Source: Candidatus Asgardarchaeum abyssi
GTDB lineage: Archaea; Asgardarchaeota; Asgardarchaeia; Asgardarchaeales; Asgardarchaeaceae
NCBI GenBank assembly: GCA_040225955.1
Contig: JBECUL010000044.1
Span: 1 to 17,404 of the forward strand
Direction: 5' to 3'
Length of the DNA: 17,404 nucleotides
This document shows, one piece after another, positions 17,044-17,404 of this stretch. The notes under the pieces were generated by a model. The model saw nothing but the letters and a program-made list of their open reading frames with translations. It made no database searches and had not been told where the DNA came from. Every line of letters starts with the position of its first letter. Position 1 is the first letter of the stretch. The position numbers were made by a program, and so were the translations under genes.

Positions 17044-17263
17044 CTAACTCCTCTCCAGCTTCTTCCTCATCAAGAACACTATATTTGATACCAAGTTTAT
17101 GCATAAGCATCCAAAGATCATCAATTCTTAAATCTAGAAGCTCAGCTGCCTTGCCCATAGAGATTTTACCGCTAAGGAGAAGACCTAAAACTAAGAATAA
17201 CCTCTCTTTGTCATGATAAGGCACACGCTCACGCTCAATAATCTGTTTAAGCTCTGCTGACAT
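17009..17263 (-). CDS. UPF0175-family antitoxin-like HTH protein
   Basis: GKISMGKAAELLDL..L.KLGI signature; overlaps the DUF3368 gene start; GGTG upstream. Confidence 0.87.
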   Translation of the reverse strand: MSAELKQIIERERVPYHDKERLFLVLGLLLSGKISMGKAAELLDLRIDDLWMLMHKLGIKYSVLDEEEAGEELDAYRRVFKNST

Positions 17264-17404
17264 AAGATTACACCAACCACAATTATAAAACCTTAAATAA
17301 TAATCTTATATATCTTATCTTCTAACCGAGCACTTGTAAAAAATATGCCTCAAAAAATCAAATTTCAGCCCCTTTTGAAAAATAAAGCTCCGTATCCACT
17401 TATC

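Noticed and set aside
1-17404. CRISPR array, tRNA or rRNA genes
   Set aside because: No regularly spaced repeats or GC-rich structured RNA-like segments seen; intergenic gaps are short and AT-rich.

Overview
AT-rich archaeal genomic window (GGTG/GGTGA ribosome-binding sites, TATA-like boxes, T-tract terminators, archaeal-type gene families; the lineage cannot be fixed from sequence alone). In order: the left part of an IS607-family element (tnpA whose catalytic Ser appears replaced by Tyr, plus the first 37 codons of tnpB); an AAA_14/DUF4143 ATPase; a ThiI with a short rhodanese-like tail; a disrupted membrane-anchored DNRLRE-like gene; an SPL-like radical SAM enzyme; a DedA/VTT membrane protein; a ~1630-aa surface protein; a tldD-pmbA pair; an intact vapBC pair; a hypothetical protein; a Bax-inhibitor-1/YccA protein; and a UPF0175/DUF3368 antitoxin-toxin pair whose toxin is doubly frameshifted. 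The standout is the giant protein (6715-11601): signal peptide, two FG-GAP-like beta-propellers separated by an Ig-like domain, four tandem Ig-like repeats, then seven hydrophobic helices with N-out/C-in topology, a long charged TM5-TM6 loop and a basic tail. This is an adhesion-receptor-like ectodomain+7TM architecture in an archaeon. All family assignments are from motif recognition by eye, not database searches.
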